64,000 nt of DNA from Paramoeba atlantica (GCA_977017575.1 CDRNVI010000089.1:1-64000); one strand, 5' to 3'; positions 17,317 to 29,139 are shown, numbered from the stretch's first letter. The notes: generated from the sequence alone by a model not told the origin. Translations and numbers: made by a program.

Positions 17317-17790
17317 CCGTGAAAACATTAATTAAGAATTCCACTAATTAAGGGAAAATGATTTAAAAAAAATCATTCCCTTTATTAGTGTTCCCTTATT
17401 TTATGTTCCATTAATTGTTTTGCGGGAATCAAGTTGAAAATAGCCCAAGATCATCAGATAGGTAGAGGGGGGGCACCCAATATCACACTTTTTTCGGTGC
17501 GATAATAAGTGAATTGTGTGATAACAAGTGAAATTTCGAGAAAGTGTGTTAATCAGTGGATAATTCACGTATTATCACATTTTGGTTGCATATTTCTATT
17601 TTTTAACCTAAACTCTGAAATATTGCTATGCACGCTCCGCAGGGTTTGGGGGTGCCTGGGCCATGGGTGGAAAAAATAATTATTAAATATTAATTGCCTG
17701 AAAATGCCAAAAATAGACGAAAAATAATTATTCCCTTAATTTGTGTTCCCTTAATTGGCGTTCCCTTATTTAATCTGTCTCTTAATTAAT
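17317..17790. mobile_element. CCGTG-family TIR element, right TIR interrupted
   Basis: TA|CCGTGAAAACATTAATTAAG; internal sequence matches 24671-25496; stops inside the right TIR where a palindrome begins. Confidence 0.75.
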
Positions 17791-18722
17791 TAGGCTCTTC
17801 GTTAAACGCGGTGGTTGTTTTTAACTTAGAAGTCACTCATGCTGCGCGCTTCGCGTTGAAAACTACCGCCGCGTTTAACGAAGAGCCTAAAAAAGAAAAT
17901 TTAGCCTGGAAAACGGAAAGATTATGGCCAAAAATAGCCGAATTTCGGGTAAAAATGGGGTGATTTTCGCGTAGATTTGCTATCAGAGCACTAAATCCGA
18001 CATTTGCGCGTGGGAAATCACTCGCAGGCATGAATGAAAGCCTACCGAACGTATTGGGTAGAGAATGCGACTCCAACCATACCATTCTTTCGACACAAAA
18101 ATGCCCCTTTAGGTCCGAAAAATACTTTTTCACCTTTTTTAGTCAAACATGGGTCATTTTGAGGGGCGCACCACGGTTCGAAGAAGGGATACCTTGCGAA
18201 AACTACTGCGGAGAAAGCTAGTGTAGGTCCCAAACTATCAAAATACAATAGGGGAAACGATTTTGGAAAAATATTTTTTTTGCCATTTTTTTCGCCAAGT
18301 TGAAATTTTTTTCAAAATTTTTTTTCCGAAAAAATCCGAACTTGGCGGACCCGTCCTGCGGATACGCGGTGGAAAATGCGCGCCAAGACCCCGGCTACCC
18401 GTTCTGCGTTTTGTTTTCGAAAACTAATTTTTTCGAAAAAAATTGCTCGACCATGACCCCCCCCCTGGACCATGGACCCCCCCCATGGACCCCCCGAGTC
18501 GCAAATGTCGAATTTAGTGCTCTGCCAGCAAAAATACGCGAAAATCACCCCATTGTTACCCGAAATTCGGCTATTTTTGGCTATGATCTTTCCGTTTTCC
18601 AGGCTAAAGTTTCTTTTTTAGGCTCTTCGTTAAACGCGGTGGTAGTTTTCAACGCGAAGCGCGCAGCATGAGTGACTTCTAAGTTGAAAACAACCACCGC
18701 GTTTAACGAAGAGCCCAAAAAA
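17791..18722. repeat. Back-to-back partial type A hairpin elements with palindromes at 17791-17894 and 18614-18722
   Basis: Reverse-orientation type A body joined to a forward-orientation 3' part; both palindromes are complete. Confidence 0.8.
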
Positions 18723-19100
18723 GAAATTAAATAAGTACTTTGACGGTAATTAATTACAGTGTAATATTTAATTACGGTATTATTTAATTACGCTTTTAAG
18801 GTTATTTTTGGCTAAAATTAATCTTAATTAAATTAACCGTAATATAATCCAGTCGTAAATTAATAACTTTTGAACACACACTTTGAGTAACGTTTAGGCG
18901 CCCAAGCCTATGGATTCGTCTGTGATCATTTTATAAAGGCATGTGCTTCGTATGAAAGTGAGGTCGATGGTGATAGACATGAAAAAAAGTATTTTTTTTC
19001 GGGGCCAAAAAAATATCTTAATTAAAAATAACCGTAATTAAAAATAACCGTAATATAATCCACTCGTATTTGAATACTTCACTGTACTTTAAAAATTAAT

Positions 19101-20215
19101 TGAGGGAGATACTACTCCCTCGCTACCATAGGTTAATTCGCCGTGCCCGATTTGTGGCCCGATTTCATGCCCGATTTGTGGCCCGATTTCATGCCCGATT
19201 TCGTGCCCGGTGTCGTTTCAGGTGAGGTTTCGAAAAAAATGTTTACAAAAACGTATGAATCGAATTGAGTGACAAGATCACTAGTTTTTCAACAATTCCG
19301 ATGGGTACACCCTGCCCCCCCCCTCCCCACCAGGGTGATCATAGCAATTTTCGAAATTTTGAAGAAAAACTGAAAAATTATGGGTGAAAGTCAAAAAATA
19401 TATTTTTCCCAAATCAACTCCTATACCCTTTTTTGAGAGTTTGGGGCCATGGTAATGCACCTACAAAGTCCAACATTTACCTGGAAGTGTGTAACACGCA
19501 AGGCCTTAGAGGAAAGAGGAGGCGCAAGGCAAAAAGGCAGAAGGCGGAGCCTTCTGTCTTTTTTCCACGGCGACGACGATTTCCTCGCGTGGGAATCTGT
19601 AAGAGGTCCTAGGGCATAAGTATAGGAATATTGCCTAAGTATAGGAATATTGAGGGAGATACTACTCCATAGGTTAATTCGCCGTGCCCGATTTGTGGCC
19701 CGATTTCGTGCCCGATTTGTGGCCCGATTTCGTGCCCGATTTGTGGCCCGATTTCGTGCCCGGTGTCGTTTCAGGTGAGTTTTCGAAAAAAATGTTTACA
19801 AAGACGTATGAATCGATTTGAGTGACAAGACCACTAGTTTTTCAACAATTCCGATGGGTACCCCCTGCCCCCCCTCCACACCAGGGTGATCATAGCAATT
19901 TTCGAAATTTTGAAAAAAAAACTGAAAAATTATGGGTGAAAGTCAAAAAATATATTTTTCCCAAATCAGCTCCTAGACCGTTTTTTGAGAGTTTGGGGCC
20001 TGATATACCTGTATGCGCTTTGATTTCATTCGATATTTCTTCAGTCTGCCATGGTAATGCATCTACAAAGTTCAAAAGTTACCCGGAAGTGTGTGACACG
20101 CAAGGCCGAAGTGGAAGGAGGAGGCGCGAGGCAAAAAGGCAGAAGGCGGAGCTTTTTGTCTTTTTGCCGCGGCGACGACGACTTCCTCGCGTGGGAATCT
20201 GTAAGAGGTCCTAGG
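19101..20215. repeat. Tandem duplication of a ~0.52-0.56-kb unit containing 10-11-bp GCCCGATTT(G/C)T repeats
   Basis: Units 19101-19614 and 19651-20215 both begin TGAGGGAGATACTACTCC and end AAGAGGTCCTAGGG. Confidence 0.85.
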
Positions 20216-20240
20216 GAGCATGTTTTGATGGCTATGTGCA

Positions 20241-20430
20241 ACCCAGGCTAAAGTGGACGATGGAGATACTAAAGGCACATTTTGCAAGCTACCACAAAAC
20301 TGGAACAGTATCTCCCGTTAAATTCTTGGGTCACATCAGAATGCTTAACAAACCGGGGGATACTGTTCCATTTTTGTGGTAGCTTGCCAAATGTGCCTTT
20401 AGTATCTCCATCGTCCACTTTAGCCTGGGT
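20241..20430. mobile_element. Fold-back MITE with ~75-bp inverted arms
   Basis: ACCCAGGCTAAAGTGGACGATGGAGATACTAAAGGCACAT... mirrored by ...ATGTGCCTTTAGTATCTCCATCGTCCACTTTAGCCTGGGT; flanks CA and TA. Confidence 0.85.
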
Positions 20431-20613
20431 TACTTTGCTAATTTATGCTTTGTGAATAAAAACATAATTTTTGTTTCTGTGTGAGAAAATTTTCCCCTAA
20501 ATGTCGAACTTTCGAGGAAACTGGTGTTGTCTCCCACACCATTTCCTACTAGTCTGTATGGAAATTATCATGCCAGACCGTCGTCTGAGAAAAAATTAAT
20601 TATTAATATTTTA

Positions 20614-21221
20614 CCGTCCGATCCATAATTAAGGAATAACTTCAATTAGTGCAGGGGAGTTTAAGAGAATAATTACTGCACTAATTGAATGTGCACTAAT
20701 TAAAAGCGGAACTGTATCTCTTGGAAAACTAGAAAAAGGCAGAAAATAATTCGCACAAAATAATTCGGAAGATTAATGGTTAACAAATATCTGGTCAAAA
20801 AAGTAATTTGCGCACAAGGATTCTGAAGGTTAGCTGTTGGAGCATGGTCTTTCAAAGCATAGGCACTTCGTTCAGACATTTTCTTACCGTGCGTTTGATT
20901 CCAAATCTGCATGCTAGTCAAAACGGAACGACTCTCACAAAGTGCTTGGAATTCACGTGCTTCTTCATCACTCCACGTATTTCCCTTTGCTTTGCGCGAT
21001 GAGCGTTTAGACTCAAGTTCCTCCACAAGATCTGCCACATGCCGTGATACGCAAAAATTGTTTGAGGCAAGCGTCGACTGCGACGGGGCCATAGCAGGAA
21101 AAAGTAATAAAAAATGAAGAGTTTCTCCACAAAAAATAAAAAAATTAATTATCGCACTAATTAAATGTGCACTAATTAAATGTGCAATGATTTTTCACCG
21201 CAGTAATTATGGATCGGACGG
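20614..21221. mobile_element. TA-flanked internally deleted TIR element with a possible HTH remnant on the minus strand
   Basis: Perfect 18-bp TIR CCGTCCGATCCATAATTA, TA on both sides, subterminal TGCACTAATT repeats. Confidence 0.85.
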
Positions 21222-22520
21222 TAATTTATGGTATTCTTAATTAATGTTTTCACGGTATTTCCGCCCCCCGGGTTATTTTTTTACCGTATGCTTTAATTTC
21301 TATTTAGTTTCTAGTTATACTGTTTCGGAAATGAATTAGAACGCACTACGTCTCGTTTGAGTCAAATTAGTCAACAATACTTAACTTCTGGGCGCAACCC
21401 AAAATGGGGAAGTAAGGTCGGGACCTCTTCGTGGTCTTCCCTGGCACTGCTATCATACTGATGGTACTAACGCTGACATAAGAACATTCGTAAGCAGATA
21501 TTTTTGAAGTATGCACGAACTGTAACCCCCCCACTTAATAGTAGTAGTACGTCAACACGGCCCACCCAAGAGGTGTAAGCCGGCCCAAGAGCGGTCAATC
21601 GCTCTTGCAATGCGTCATCGCTCTCGATAGACATAAAAATTTAGGAGAAAAGCTTGCGGGAAAAGAAGAATGTACTATGTTACTATGTACTATGCTAGTA
21701 AAAAGGAAGAAGTTGATTCAGAGAAAGAAACAAAGGAAAATATAGCTAGAAGCGTATACCGAATCGGAAATTCCACATAAAAGTACTAAACAAATGTAAA
21801 CTTTTGCCAGTTTTTGTATTTCTTCCCACCGAAAATACAAACCGCGGTCTCGGTCGAAGTACCCGCAGCCACTCAACTACCGCGTTTAACGAAGACCCTA
21901 AAAAAGAAAGTTAATTTCCATACGTCATTTTTGTGTGTCATGCGCTGCCATATACTGCCGTTCGCTGTCAAACGCTGCCAGCCACTGCGAGCCAAAACTG
22001 CATGGGCTCCATTATCATATCGGATCTGTGTAAACGTATAGTGAAGCATAAAAATAGGAGAGAAATCACTCAACGTCACTCGAGATGATTAAGTGGCCGC
22101 GTATATCAGAACTCATTATGCTAATTTCCTGAAAATCAACTAAAATTCAGGTCAAAACTCAAAAAAATGGTCGATACTAATAAATACAATACTTTTTGTG
22201 TCGACCATTTTTGTGAACAATACTTTTTGGCGGGAGTGTATATTACTCATACCTTTGCGGGCCCGACGGGTCCGGACCCAGGTCCGGGACCCCACGGACC
22301 CACTTGGATGGTCAGCCTCGAGTTTCGATTTAAATCGCTGGTATTATAAAACTAACACAGTGAAGGTCATGTATTTACTTCACAGACAGTTCGCTCTGGT
22401 TGTTGCATACCTTCCGGGCTAAGAGGAGGGCAACGCGCCTGTAGTTTCATCTTACAAACGTGTAGCATTGGTACAATATTACGAACATTAAAAATCTTTT
22501 GATAATAACAACTTTGGATA

Positions 22521-22836
22521 CACCCCCGCCAAAAAGTATTGTAATTTATTAGTATCGACCACGAATATTTGGTCGATACTAATAAATACTATACTTTTTG
22601 TCGATTTCCACGAGTTGCTACTGGCTTCCAAACAGTTGGACTTTATCATATGGGATCCTTGTAAACGTATATCACGATCAAGTGGCCGCGTATATCAGAA
22701 CTCATTATGTAAAGTTCTGGAAAGTTCGAGAAAAAAACTAAAATTCTGGTCAAAACTCAAAAAAATGGTCGATACCAATAAATACAATACTTTTTGTGTC
22801 GGCCATTTTTGTGGACAATACTTTTTGGCGGGGGTG
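22521..22836. mobile_element. TA-flanked MITE, CACCCCCGCC family
   Basis: TIR CACCCCCGCCAAAAAGTATTG / CAATACTTTTTGGCGGGGGTG. Full copy at 36486-36841 and truncated copy at ~22010-22238. Confidence 0.9.
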
Positions 22837-22927
22837 TACATCCAGCGCACCTACAATCTTACACAAGGGCAAACGTTTCGTCCTCTTTTCCTTTCCTATT
22901 CTCTCTCTCTCTCCCCGGCTCTCGCCA

Positions 22928-24035
22928 ATGACCAGCTTCAAACGCGGCAGCCGGCTTCACAAGGATTCCAGTCATGGGACAACCCCATCTACTTCGGCCC
23001 CTAGAGGACAATCTACCTCCTCTCTACGTCGAGAAAATAGCTCCCACGCCAATGACGGCGTCCCGGAGCTACACCATCTCCATCGAAGAGCTGAAGAGAG
23101 CCCGCCCGGACCTAGATGTCCGCCCTAAACAGTTGTTCTCACGGGAATGCGATTTTTGCGGTGCTCTTTTTTTCTGAGGAGAGGCGTGACATGCGCTACT
23201 GCGACAACTTCCTGAAACTCCGATCACAGAAGAGAAACGACTCTAATGGCCGTAACCCGGACGGAGAAACTACTTCCACCGGAACGTCATCCCGGGGGCG
23301 CGAACGACGCCCCTCTCGGACCGAGGGCAGGTCAGCCTCTCGGAGGCGCGAACGAAGCTCCTCTCGGGCTAGGCACCGGTCCGCTAGCAGGCACGACCAG
23401 CAGAAGGGAAATCCTTCACCCATCCTGAAGAAGTCTGCTCACATTACCTTCGCACCCCTCCCCCCACACAGAACTTCCCACCGCTCCTTCGCGAATGTTA
23501 TAGGCAAGTCGGCGGGGGGGGGCACCAACACAGGCGGGTCACTCCTACCGACCGCGACACTCCAGAAATCGATGAGGACCTTGACAAACTACCCACCACG
23601 TCTCAACAATCTAGGACCCTCGAAGAGGTGCGCCAAAGGCTCCTCCTTGACCCCATGAGTCTGCGCCGGGGGACAGAAGGTCCGAGCCGATGCCTGTTTG
23701 CTTGGAGGCTGGCGGCAGCCATGAGTCAAGAGCACGCCGTTACTTCCCTCGTGGAACAGAAGGCACGCACGAGAAGGGCACTAACTTTGGACTCACTCTG
23801 GGGCCTCTTCGAGGTTCAAAAAGCTATTGAGGAACGCTCTGCCCTCCGGGCACACGTGTGTGCCGAGTGCGGAGCCACACATCAACACCTCATAGGCCTG
23901 CAGGCCCACATCCTGAACGTGCATGCCCCGAAGCGCACGCGGAAAGCATCCTACGAACTTTTAAGAATTCATGCCCGGGGCGCCTACGCCCTCAAACGAG
24001 AACGCTGGTCGGAGTTCCTGAACCTCTTCAAATAA
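22928..24035 (+). pseudogene. GC-rich, frameshifted zinc-finger ORF; probably ORF1/gag-like gene of a retroelement
   Basis: Pyrimidine tract then ATG at 22928; RECDFCGALF(F)SEERRDMRYC across a T-run; Arg/Ser-rich middle; C2H2 finger CAECGATHQHLIGLQAHILNVH. Confidence 0.5.
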
Positions 24036-24670
24036 TGTTTCTCCGTGGCAGCGCAATTCTCTACAGTAGGATTCCCCACTCTCGAAGGAAATTCTCCATG
24101 GTCTCATCCTGCTGTACCTCCACAGCACCATTTCCACACCCCTGCCTATTGCTATATAATTTCTTGCTATTCTATTGCTAACTCAATGGCAAATAAGCGA
24201 TTGAAGCGTGAAGGGAGCACTTTGGGAAGGAAATCAGGTAGAAGAGCAGACAGAGTGCAAGCAATCGCCGAGAAGTGCAACGGGAGCCTCCGCAAGAATG
24301 GAGGAGAATGTATTATCAGTAGAACAGAAGACTCATTGTCACGAAAGGCCTTGCATGCTCGTAGAACATTTTTAGGTCCACCATCCCTATTTCCAACTCC
24401 CTTTTGCGTTTCTGAAAAAAGGTTGCCTGTAACTGCATACGCTCGGTCAACCGCTACCTACGATGCTAGTCTAAGGATTTTTTTTTAAAAACGATAAATA
24501 ACCTACGCCTATTACCACCACCCGCTTATTACATTGATTACGTGACCCAGGTATACTTGTACACAATGGATTAAGAAAACAATTGCGGTGGACAACTACC
24601 GCTCTACCCTCGATTATTGAAAAAGAGTGAACAAAAACAGTGAAAATATAAAGAGGAACACAGTAATATA

Positions 24671-25496
24671 CCGTGGAAACATTAATTAAGAATTACACTA
24701 ATTAAGGGAATATGATTTTCCAAAAAAATTATTCCCTTAATTAGTGTTCCATTATTTAATGTTCCCTTAATTGTTTTATGAGAATCAAGTTGAAAATAGC
24801 CCAAGATCATCAGATAAGTACGATAAATAATTGTAAACTGTAAATTGTTGCAGTTTTATTTTTTAAACATATTTAGAGGTGAAACGTAGCTGTTGAATAT
24901 CAAAATTATTCTTTTTACAAAGCACAAAAAATATACAGTGCGCCCAGATAGTAAAGGTTTTAGTAGTTACCACCGATTTTGGGTAAATACTAAAAAAACC
25001 TGACTATTTGGGAAAACCGTTTTTTGGGACTTTACTAACTGGGCAATCAATTGTGTTTGAAGCACAGAGAAAAAAAGAAAACGCATAATCAAAAAACAAC
25101 TGGGCTGGAGTCTTGGACAACGCTTTCCAATGCAAGTTGTATGCAATTGTTTTTAGATGAAATGAAATCAATTTCTTTTAGACAAAAATCCTCGAAAAAG
25201 AGAAAAACTCTAAAAAAAGGTAACTACTAAAAAACACTTTACTATTTGGGATAACCCCTTTTTGGGACTTTACTAATTGGGCGCACTGTAAACTTCATTT
25301 CAAGAAAAATTCACTACTCAAAACAATATACATCCTGAGGGTTGGGGGTGCCTGGGCCATGGGCGGAAAAAATAATTATTAGTTATAAACTGCCTGAAAA
25401 TGCCAAAAATTGACGAAAAACAATTATTCCCTTAATTAGTGTTCCCTTAATTGATGTTCCCTTATTTAATGTGTCTCTTAATTAATGTTTCCACGG
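24671..25496. mobile_element. CCGTG-family MITE
   Basis: TIR CCGTGGAAACATTAATTAAG / CTTAATTAATGTTTCCACGG, flanks TA and CA. The empty site (CAGTAATATAATAGAAG) is visible in the paralogous repeat near 12700. Confidence 0.88.
24936..25288. mobile_element. Tc1-like MITE with CAGTG ends, nested in the CCGTG MITE
   Basis: TA|CAGTGCGCCCAGATAGTAAAG ... CTTTACTAATTGGGCGCACTG|TA. Confidence 0.9.
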
Positions 25497-26364
25497 CAAT
25501 AGAAGAAAAAATATAAAAGGGGGCTCCGGTGGTCCAAAAGTGAAAAAAATTGAAAAAAATGGGGGGTCCATGGGGGGGGCATACGTCGTGATTTTTTTTT
25601 CGAATTTTTTGCTTTTCAAAATCGAGCGCAGGGAAGTGGTGGAGTAGGCCGCGGCGATAATTCCCCCCCCACCCCCCCACACCCCTGGGGGTACCCCCCC
25701 GCTGATACGCGCAGGAGGGGTCCGACAAGGTCAAAATTTCCTAAATTTTTGGGGCAACCAATTTTTCGACCTAAAAAAAAGTATAAATATTATTTTTCCA
25801 AAATCGACTCCTAAAACGTGTTTTAGGAGTTTGGGACCCCAGCTACCATTCTACGTTTTTTTCGTCTGATTCGCCTCCTACCCCTATTGGTAAGGCATCA
25901 GAAACGGCCCAAATTTAGGTGAAAATTTCGCAATTTTCGCCTAAAAATCGAGCCTTTTCACCTAAAAAAATTGTTGATTCATGATGTTTTGGCAATTTTT
26001 CCTTTTTAGGCTCTTCGTTAAACGCGGCGGTAGTTTTCAACTCGAAGCGCGCAGCATGAGTGACTTCTATGTTGAAAACAACCACCGCGTTTAAAGAAGC
26101 CACTAAATTATTTTATTACTGTATGCATCTTTATAGCTTCACTGTTTTTGTTCATTGTTTTTCAATAATCGAGGGTAGAGCGGTGGTTATACAACCACCG
26201 CAATACGAGGGTATAGGAATATTGCGGGGCTTGTTTACAAACTCTGCCTCTTCGTCTTTATGGTAGCTGGGTGGGGGTGAATCGAGGCGAGTAATAAAAT
26301 CCCGAAAAAAAGGGGGTGTATAGTCGATGAAAGGGATGCTGCTGATTTTCATTTTCGCCAGAGG

Positions 26365-26437
26365 GTGTGATTAGCCAAGTCGTCAGGTCCAGTGACTCTA
26401 CATCTGAGAGGGTTGGGTTCGATTCCCACTAACGCAC
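26365..26437 (+). pseudogene. Degenerate tRNA-like sequence (tRNA pseudogene or SINE head)
   Basis: 73 nt; A-box-like TAGCCAAGTCG, B-box GGGTTCGATTCCC, acceptor GTGTGAT/AACGCAC with one mismatch, TTTT downstream. Anticodon stem is defective. Confidence 0.45.
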
Positions 26438-26775
26438 TTTTCGTCCGACTACCACAGGGATTAGCTAAGAAGCTTGGGCCTGAGCCATACGCGGCGTCGT
26501 TAGTGGGAAGCAGTTTGCGAAGCCCCGTTTAACAACAACCACCGCCTTTTAACGAAGAAGCTAGCACACCGACATTAACCCAGACGGTGGTTTATACATA
26601 TACGAGAAAGTTATGAGTTTGCCATTATCTAGGCATTCAGAAAAAATATAGGAGATTAAAAAGAAAATCTCCTATAAGAGATTAAAAAAGAAAAAGAATT
26701 TCACCTTCCCCGGACCTCAGCCGCACCCGGACGCACCCTCCTGATTCAACGCTCTGAGTATTCCTGAATGATTGA

Positions 26776-27588
26776 TCAATTGATATTGATAAGTTTGTTA
26801 AGTGTTTCATACTTTAAATCGTCAATTGGATCAACTTTTAAATCAAAAGTCGGGGTGTATGCAGTGTGATTGCGCGTTGCATGTGGTGAAAGTGTAAATG
26901 AATAGTTCGAACTACGATTCGAAAAAGAAAGGTGTGATTCATTCGATACAAACGTGTTGGAAAAATTGTGCTCATTGCTAGTGATATGATCCAAATCTTT
27001 GATTTGTACATTAGAATGCGACTCAGTAATAATTCGTTCTGCTTTTTGAAGAGCACCGAGTAGGTTAGCGGCATAATCACGCTCATCTAAGGCGAGTCTA
27101 GCACATTCCATACACTGAACTTTTAAAAGATTTAAATCTTGATCACCTTTGGCAGTTTGGTTTTCAAGCGTAGTTCGACATACTGAGAGTTCTATAGTTA
27201 AATTCTGAATAACTTCACCTCGATGCGTAGTTTCCTGTTCAGCTCTTCGAATTTCTTGAGAAAGATGTTCAAGACTACCTTTCATGTCTCGAACAAGACC
27301 AGTGTTATTAGACTGCTGTTCGTGCAATTGTGAGAGCTGTCGCGACAATTCAAAATTCTGAGTACTAGTGTTTGTTTGAGAATTTCGACATTCGCTTAAG
27401 TTTGCTTCCACAGCGGCACACTTTAAATGCCATTCATGTTGAACAGATTCATATAGCGTCACCGTTTGAGTATAGTTGTGAAGCAATTCAGTTTTCTCTA
27501 AATGATCATGATGAAGAACAGCGAGAATACCACATATTGAAATAAATATAGCATATTGCCGGGCTGAAGCTCTAGTTCGATAATGCAT
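26776..27588 (-). CDS. Hypothetical type II membrane protein with long coiled coil
   Basis: 270-aa ORF; N-terminal hydrophobic segment YAIFISICGILAVL, then heptad-rich Q/E/L helix; same strand as the other host genes. Confidence 0.6.
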   Translation of the reverse strand: MHYRTRASARQYAIFISICGILAVLHHDHLEKTELLHNYTQTVTLYESVQHEWHLKCAAVEANLSECRNSQTNTSTQNFELSRQLSQLHEQQSNNTGLVRDMKGSLEHLSQEIRRAEQETTHRGEVIQNLTIELSVCRTTLENQTAKGDQDLNLLKVQCMECARLALDERDYAANLLGALQKAERIITESHSNVQIKDLDHITSNEHNFSNTFVSNESHLSFSNRSSNYSFTLSPHATRNHTAYTPTFDLKVDPIDDLKYETLNKLININ

Positions 27589-27829
27589 GTGTGTTCAAAG
27601 TGTCAAAATTATTCTCTATATAGAAAAAGTGCAAGCTGCCCTCGATGATTGTGCGCGTGAACTGGTTTGCAAATTGCATCGAAAGAATACCCCTATTCTG
27701 CCAAAAAAATCTATTTTGTAACGAGAAAATCATGATCTAGGGGTCTATACAGATGAAACAAGTGACTTACATACGTGTATACGTGTATTTGTGTGAACTT
27801 GTAAAATTAGTTGTAATTTGTGCAACAAC

Positions 27830-28140
27830 TTACAATTTACATATATTTCTGCATTTACATATATTTCTGCATTTGCATATAATTCTGCAAAGTTACATAT
27901 TAATCTGCAAAGTTACATATTAATCTGCAAAGTTACATATTGTCCCCCCCGGTTAAGAGCACCTCGTTTTCCGAGAAAAGTGCGCTTAAACGGGGGGGGG
28001 TCTGAATCACTGCGTAAAAAGAAATTTGGAACCGCTTCGCGGCGCCGGGCTCTTTCCTTCAACTCTATGTGCGCTCAAACGGGGGGGTCTGACCGGGTGC
28101 GCTTAAGGGGAGGGGGGACAATATAATTCTGCAAAGTTAC
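27830..28140. repeat. 17-20-bp minisatellite (TTACATATTAATCTGCAAAG) interrupted by a 182-bp TA-flanked MITE at 27940-28121
   Basis: Imperfect TIR TTGTCCCCCCC..TTAAG / CTTAAG..GGGGGGACAA; the array resumes after the right TA. Confidence 0.75.
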
Positions 28141-28249
28141 TTCTTGTCTTTTAACCAGAGCTCAATCCTCCGCCTTGTCGTGGCGCTCTGGCTTATGATC
28201 GCAATAGGCGATTAACCAAGAGAGGATTCATGTGTCCCCGGATATGAAG

Positions 28250-28860
28250 CTGACTTCAGAATGAGACTAAATCTGCGAGTTAGTCATTTAGAAGGCATAT
28301 GATGAGAAGTTAACCATTAGAAGATCATGAGTTCGATGTTTAGAATTAGAGGTTGAGTGACTAGATGTAGAAAAGTTAATGTTTAGAAGTTTAGAACTTC
28401 TACGCTTTGATTTTGAAGTCTGGAAGTTAGATGCTTAGATGACGGACGTCAGAAGTTAAAGTTTAGTTTCCAAACTTTGGAGACAGACGTTGAGAAGTCA
28501 GTATCCTTGAGGTCTGAATTAGATGCTTGTAGTTTAGAAGTTAGACGTTTGGATAACGGATGATAGAAGTTAGATGCTTCGAAGCATGCCCCTGTATGTT
28601 AAGAGATTCGGTGAGGTCTGAGTTAGATGCTTTGACGATGAAGCTTAAAAATTGAATGTTTAGATAACGGATGTTAGAAGTTAGATGTTTGGAAGTAAAC
28701 GTTGAGAAATCAATGTTCATTCCTTAGAAATCATTCCTTAAGTTAGATGTTTGGAAGTAAACGTTGAGAAATCAATGTTCATTCCTTAGAAATCATTCCT
28801 TAAAGTCTGAGTTAGATGCTTCGATGTGGACATTGTAAGTTAGTTAGCTTGAAAAAGGGC
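28250..28860. repeat. Degenerate AGTTAGATG-containing satellite including an exact ~61-bp tandem duplication (~28680-28802)
   Basis: Recurring (A)AGTTAGATG(C/T)TT motif at irregular spacing. Confidence 0.7.
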
Positions 28861-29139
28861 GAGACATACATGCTTTTAAGTTACTCGATACTCATAATAT
28901 GTAACTAGAGAGGAGCATGTGCGTGTACATTACAATGCATGTGCGAAGAGTGCACACGCGGCTCATTAGGACTGAATCCGTTGATAGAGAAGGATGTAGT
29001 GCTTCACACCCAGGAACATTGATTATAATTACTTTTTCTTTTCACTAGGAGTGGCAAGCGAGGTGTATATTACATGTCCGATTACCCACATGACTGTTTG
29101 TTTCTTGGTCCAAAAACTGTTTCAGAACCGAGTGAGTTG

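Larger units (their letters stand above)
24580..26107. mobile_element. Hairpin-terminated repeat, type B copy, carrying nested MITEs
   Basis: Mini-hairpin GCGGTGGACAACTACCGC at the left, palindrome 26003-26107 at the right; first ~150 bp shared with type A, different middle. Confidence 0.75.

Noticed and set aside
21465-21503. Spliced-leader-like sequence (ACTAACGCT...AGAACA...ATATT at SL spacing)
   Set aside because: Only 23/39 matches to the T. brucei SL, the conserved GTTTCTGTACT core and the GT donor are absent, and a few hits of this quality are expected by chance in 128 kb of both strands.
26365-26437. Stop-codon reassignment via a CTA tRNA
   Set aside because: Host genes end normally in TAA, TGA and TAG with no in-frame stops, and the tRNA-like anticodon stem is defective.
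28250-28860. CRISPR-like repeat spacing
   Set aside because: Repeats are degenerate and irregular, spacers are not unique, there are no cas genes and the context is eukaryotic. The same applies to the arrays at 40.8 and 41.2 kb.
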